From Chloroflexota bacterium (lineage in GTDB: Bacteria; Chloroflexota; UBA11872; VXOZ01): 64,000 bases of DNA. Shown piece by piece: positions 60,213 to 64,000 of this stretch (the stretch's first letter is position 1; every line of letters starts with the position of its first letter). The notes under the pieces were generated by a model. The model saw nothing but the letters and a program-made list of their open reading frames with translations, made no database searches and was not told the origin of the DNA. Where the stretch lies: the NCBI GenBank assembly GCA_964291655.2, contig OZ219802.1, forward strand, positions 1,120,001 through 1,184,000. The letters are read 5' to 3'. Made by a program: the position numbers and the translations under genes.

Positions 60213-61397
60213 GTGCAAGAATCACCAACGACAGAAGTTCCAATGACGATGGAGTCCTTGCTGAGCGAGATTGAGAGTTCAATTCGCACAGTGCGGCGCG
60301 GCGACGTGGTTGAAGGCGTTGTCGTGCAGTCTGCCTCTGATGAGATCATGGTGGACATCGGTCTCAAGGCAGAAGGAATTGTCTCCGGCAGGGAACTCGC
60401 GCGCATGGATGAAGCGCTCGACATAAGCGTGGGTGAGAAAGTGCTGGTGTACGTAGTAAACCCTGAAACCGCTGAAGGTCATGCGTTGCTTTCCATCCGA
60501 CGCGCGATGGCAGAACGTGCCTGGCGGGAGATCGAAGAGCGATACAACAACGGCGAAATCCTGGAAACCTCCGTTATCGACGCCAACAAAGGCGGCGTAA
60601 TCGTAGACATCGGGTTGCGCGGTTTCGTGCCCAGTTCCCAGCTTGTTTCGTTGGAACGGCCGCCGAACCGGGATGCGAGTGAGGAAGACCTCTTGGCGCG
60701 CCTCTCGGAGCTTATCGGACGGGAACTAAAGCTCAAGATCATCGAAGTGGACCGGCGCCGAAACCGGCTGATTCTCTCCGAACGCCTGGCGGAACGTGAG
60801 ATGCGCGCGCAACAGCGCGAGCAGTTGCTTAAAGAACTCGAAGTAGGCCAGACACGCGAGGGTGTGGTGAGCAACCTTTGCAGCTTTGGCGCGTTCGTAG
60901 ACTTGGGCGGCGCCGACGGCCTGGTGCACATTTCTGAGATTTCCTGGAGCCGCGTGGAGGACCCAAGTGAGGTGCTGGGCGTCGGCGAGCGCGTAAATGT
61001 CAGCGTACTCAGCCTGGACCATGAAAGTAAGAAGATCGGCCTCTCCATTAAGCGCACGGAAAAAGACCCCTGGGAAGGCATTGAGGCACGGTATCCCGTA
61101 GGCAGAGAAGTGCCTGGCATCATCATAAAGATTGCACCCTTTGGCGCATTCGTGCGTGTTGAAGACGGTATCGAAGGACTGGCACACAATTCCGAAATGA
61201 CGCCGGAAGGGCGAGACCTCTTGCAGGAAGGCTATGAACTCACATTCCGGGTACTGAGTGCCGATCCGCAACGTCATCGCATGCGCCTATCACCCATAGA
61301 CCTGGAAGAGAAGCTTGGGCACTTGATGGATGAGGCCGACGACGAGGAACCTGAGCACACCGAATTAGAGCCTGAATCCGAAGCACAGGACGACTAA
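60213..61397 (+). CDS. rpsA: 30S ribosomal protein S1 (4 S1 domains)
   Basis: VDIG.KAEG, NKGG..RGFVP.S, FGAFVDLGG.DGLVHISE, FGAFV..GIEGL.H. Confidence 0.92.
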   Translation: MQESPTTEVPMTMESLLSEIESSIRTVRRGDVVEGVVVQSASDEIMVDIGLKAEGIVSGRELARMDEALDISVGEKVLVYVVNPETAEGHALLSIRRAMAERAWREIEERYNNGEILETSVIDANKGGVIVDIGLRGFVPSSQLVSLERPPNRDASEEDLLARLSELIGRELKLKIIEVDRRRNRLILSERLAEREMRAQQREQLLKELEVGQTREGVVSNLCSFGAFVDLGGADGLVHISEISWSRVEDPSEVLGVGERVNVSVLSLDHESKKIGLSIKRTEKDPWEGIEARYPVGREVPGIIIKIAPFGAFVRVEDGIEGLAHNSEMTPEGRDLLQEGYELTFRVLSADPQRHRMRLSPIDLEEKLGHLMDEADDEEPEHTELEPESEAQDD

Positions 61398-61516
61398 GCA
61401 AGAAAGAGAAAGAGTCGATCAAGCATATTACTGCCGCTGTTCCCATGTGATGTGGCAAGTACGGCGGGGCCGGCTTCTACGAAGAAGACTGCGACAATTG
61501 AGCCAGGAGTATTGTC

Positions 61517-62197
61517 GTGAGTCCTATGTTCGACAAATTTACGATTCGGGCGAAGCGGGTTCTCATGTTTGCGCACGACGAGTCTCGCCGCCTTAATCAC
61601 GACTATATTGGTACCGAGCACTTGCTCCTTGGCTTGGTGCGTGTCAAGAAAGGGAGCGCCGCGAAGGTGTTGGCCGGCATGGGGGTGGATCACGCCAAAG
61701 TGCGCGATGCGGTAAAGGCAGTTACGGAACGGGGAACACATAGCGTTGTTGGCGACATAAGCCTCTCAAATCGCGCCAAGAAGGTAATTGAACATGCCGC
61801 CGAAGAATCACACCTGATGGGACACGACTATATCGGCTCCGAGCATTTTCTCTTGGGTCTCGCGCGCGACACCAACAGCACAGGCGCAAGGCTCCTAAGC
61901 GACATGGGAGTGGGGCCGGACAAGATCCGCGGCGCCGTGGAGTTTGCCGCCGAACGTGGGAAGCAGATCAAAGCATCCAATCTCAGCTTTACTCCGGGCG
62001 CAAGCAGAGCACTTGGGTTAGCGGCAGAAGAGGCGCGCCGGTTAGGGCATAGCGAAGTTGGCACCGGGCACCTGCTCCTTGGTCTTGCAAGCGAAGGTGA
62101 AGGGCTCGCGGCGGGTGAATTGCAGGGCCTCGGTGTGGACCTGCAAAGGGTGCGCCGACAGGTTAGACAAGCGGTCAGCCAAGGAGAAGCCTCGTGA
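61517..62197 (+). CDS. Clp N-terminal-domain-only protein (three Clp repeats)
   Basis: [39 protein letters not shown]; no AAA domain. Confidence 0.88.
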   Translation: MSPMFDKFTIRAKRVLMFAHDESRRLNHDYIGTEHLLLGLVRVKKGSAAKVLAGMGVDHAKVRDAVKAVTERGTHSVVGDISLSNRAKKVIEHAAEESHLMGHDYIGSEHFLLGLARDTNSTGARLLSDMGVGPDKIRGAVEFAAERGKQIKASNLSFTPGASRALGLAAEEARRLGHSEVGTGHLLLGLASEGEGLAAGELQGLGVDLQRVRRQVRQAVSQGEAS

Positions 62198-64000
62198 GTC
62201 CCCTGTTCGACAAATATACGGATCGAGCGAAGCGGGTTCTCATGCTTGCGCAAGAAGAGGCGCGCCGCTTCAACCACAATTACATCGGCACCGAGCACCT
62301 CCTGCTGGGCCTCGTGCGCGAAGGCGAAGGCATTGCCGCGAAGGTGCTCTATGACATGGGCGTGGACCTCACCAAGGTGCGCAGTGCCGTGGAGTTTATC
62401 ATCGGCCGCGGCGAGCGCGTAAACGTCGGTGACATCAGCCTGACACCCCGCGCGAAGAAAGTCATCGAACTCGCGGCAGAAGAGGCCCGACGCCTGGGTC
62501 ACAACTATATTGGCACGGAGCACTTGCTGCTCGGCTTGGTCCGCGAAGGCGAGGGAATCGCGGCCGGCGTGCTGGAAAGCCTTGGCGTAAGTCTGGAAAA
62601 GGTCCGGCAGAAGGTCATCCAATCGGTGAGTCAGCAGCCCTCGCGTCCTATCCAAGAGAGCAGCGGGCGCCAGTCTTCCTCGCGCACTCCCCTTATCGAC
62701 CAGATGGGCATCGATCTCACGGCTGCGGCGCGTGCAGATAAACTCGATCCAGTGATCGGGCGCCAGCAGGAGATTGAGCGCGTCGTGCAAATCCTCTCCC
62801 GCCGCACGAAGAACAATCCGGCACTTATCGGTGAACCCGGCGTCGGCAAGACGGCCATTGTGGAAGGTCTGGCGCAGCGGGTCGTGTCGGGCGACGTGCC
62901 GGAAACATTGCTCGGGAAACGCCTGCTCACCCTCGACATCGGCGCGCTTGTTGCCGGCACGAAGTACCGCGGCGAATTTGAAGAACGCCTCAAGAAGATC
63001 CTCGAAGAAATTCGCGGTTCCGGTGACTGTATGCTCTTCATCGATGAGTTGCATACTCTCGTTGGCGCCGGAGCGGCGGAAGGTGCGGTGGACGCCGCCA
63101 ACATCCTCAAGCCCGCGCTGGCGCGCGGAGAACTGCAGTGCATCGGCGCGACCACATTGGACGAATACCGTAAGTACATCGAACGTGACGCAGCGCTGGA
63201 GCGCCGCTTCCAACCGGTGCACGTGCGCGAACTCGACATTGAAGAGACGATTTTGGTGCTCCAGGGCGTTAAGGAACGCTATGAGGAACACCATAAAGTA
63301 CATATTACCGATGATGCCGTCAAAGTAGCGTCAGAGATGTCCGGCCGCTACGTGACCGACCGCTTCCTGCCGGATAAGGCAATCGACTTGATCGATGAAG
63401 CAGCTTCCCGCGTGCGTATCCAGCAGGCCAACACCTCCAACGCGCTGCGCAACGCGGTAAAGGACCTCGACGGCGTCGTGCGCGAAAAAGAGGACGCCAT
63501 TGAGAGTCGTCAGTATGACGAGGCGGTTGGGCTGGGCGAAAAGGAAGCGGAGCTGCGCAAGAAGATCGAAGACCTCGAGTCGGATTGGCCGAACACCGAA
63601 GAGAAGTGGCCCGAAGTTACAAAAGAGGACGTGGCGACTGTGGTCTCCATGTGGACGGGCATCCCGGTCACGCGCATCGCCCAAGAGGAATCAGCACGAC
63701 TGCTCCACATGGAAGAGAACTTGCACGAGAAGGTGGTGAGCCAGGAAGAGGCCATCAGCAACGTATCCAAAGCTGTGCGGCGGGCCCGTGCCGGTCTGAA
63801 GGACCCCAAGCGGCCGATTGGCTCCTTCATTTTCGTCGGCCCCACGGGCTCCGGCAAGACCTACCTCGCCCGAGCGCTGGCGGAGTTTATGTTCGGCAGC
63901 AGCGACGCCATGGTCCGGCTGGATATGTCGGAATACATGGAGAAACATACGATTTCTCGTTTAGTCGGCGCGCCGCCAGGTTACGTGGGGTACGAAGAAG
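62194..64000 (+). CDS. clpC: ATP-dependent Clp protease ATPase ClpC (runs off the window)
   Basis: GTG 62194 after AAGGAG; [35 protein letters not shown]-like region, GPTGSGKT. Confidence 0.95.
   Translation, partial: MSPLFDKYTDRAKRVLMLAQEEARRFNHNYIGTEHLLLGLVREGEGIAAKVLYDMGVDLTKVRSAVEFIIGRGERVNVGDISLTPRAKKVIELAAEEARRLGHNYIGTEHLLLGLVREGEGIAAGVLESLGVSLEKVRQKVIQSVSQQPSRPIQESSGRQSSSRTPLIDQMGIDLTAAARADKLDPVIGRQQEIERVVQILSRRTKNNPALIGEPGVGKTAIVEGLAQRVVSGDVPETLLGKRLLTLDIGALVAGTKYRGEFEERLKKILEEIRGSGDCMLFIDELHTLVGAGAAEGAVDAANILKPALARGELQCIGATTLDEYRKYIERDAALERRFQPVHVRELDIEETILVLQGVKERYEEHHKVHITDDAVKVASEMSGRYVTDRFLPDKAIDLIDEAASRVRIQQANTSNALRNAVKDLDGVVREKEDAIESRQYDEAVGLGEKEAELRKKIEDLESDWPNTEEKWPEVTKEDVATVVSMWTGIPVTRIAQEESARLLHMEENLHEKVVSQEEAISNVSKAVRRARAGLKDPKRPIGSFIFVGPTGSGKTYLARALAEFMFGSSDAMVRLDMSEYMEKHTISRLVGAPPGYVGYEE

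Noticed and set aside
61828-63303. 491-aa - strand ORF
   Set aside because: Typical antisense shadow of clpC.

Overview
GC-rich bacterial chromosome segment, most consistent with a Chloroflexota genome or MAG (4-domain RpsA, rpmH-rnpA-yidD-yidC-jag, DUF5656-like protein; taxonomy is inferred). It carries about 45 metabolic and housekeeping CDS (aminotransferases, Gfo/Idh/MocA oxidoreductases, sulfatase, CocE/NonD hydrolase, CopA, a GroEL paralog, BirA, RecR, YbaB, RpsA, ClpC) and tRNA-Cys(GCA). The most striking signal is intergenic: several short palindromic REP-like families serve as specific landing pads for nested mobile DNA. An intact IS481-family element, four 287-288 bp MITEs derived from it, an IS1182-family element and 45-139 bp GAGACC-ended mini-elements sit in CCCTCTCCC..GGGAGAGGG hairpins. 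A second TGT..ACA MITE family sits in GTCATTCC-type REPs with an ATTCC target duplication in all three copies. The MITE cluster lies between two paralogous secreted, S-layer-like genes that share a promoter, a ~300-nt structured 5' leader, a signal peptide, an unrecognised C-terminal domain and a covarying terminator. Other oddities are a Clp-N-only gene coupled to clpC, an rnpA lacking a canonical start codon, and a probably inactive M55 peptidase. All calls come from reading the sequence; no searches were run.
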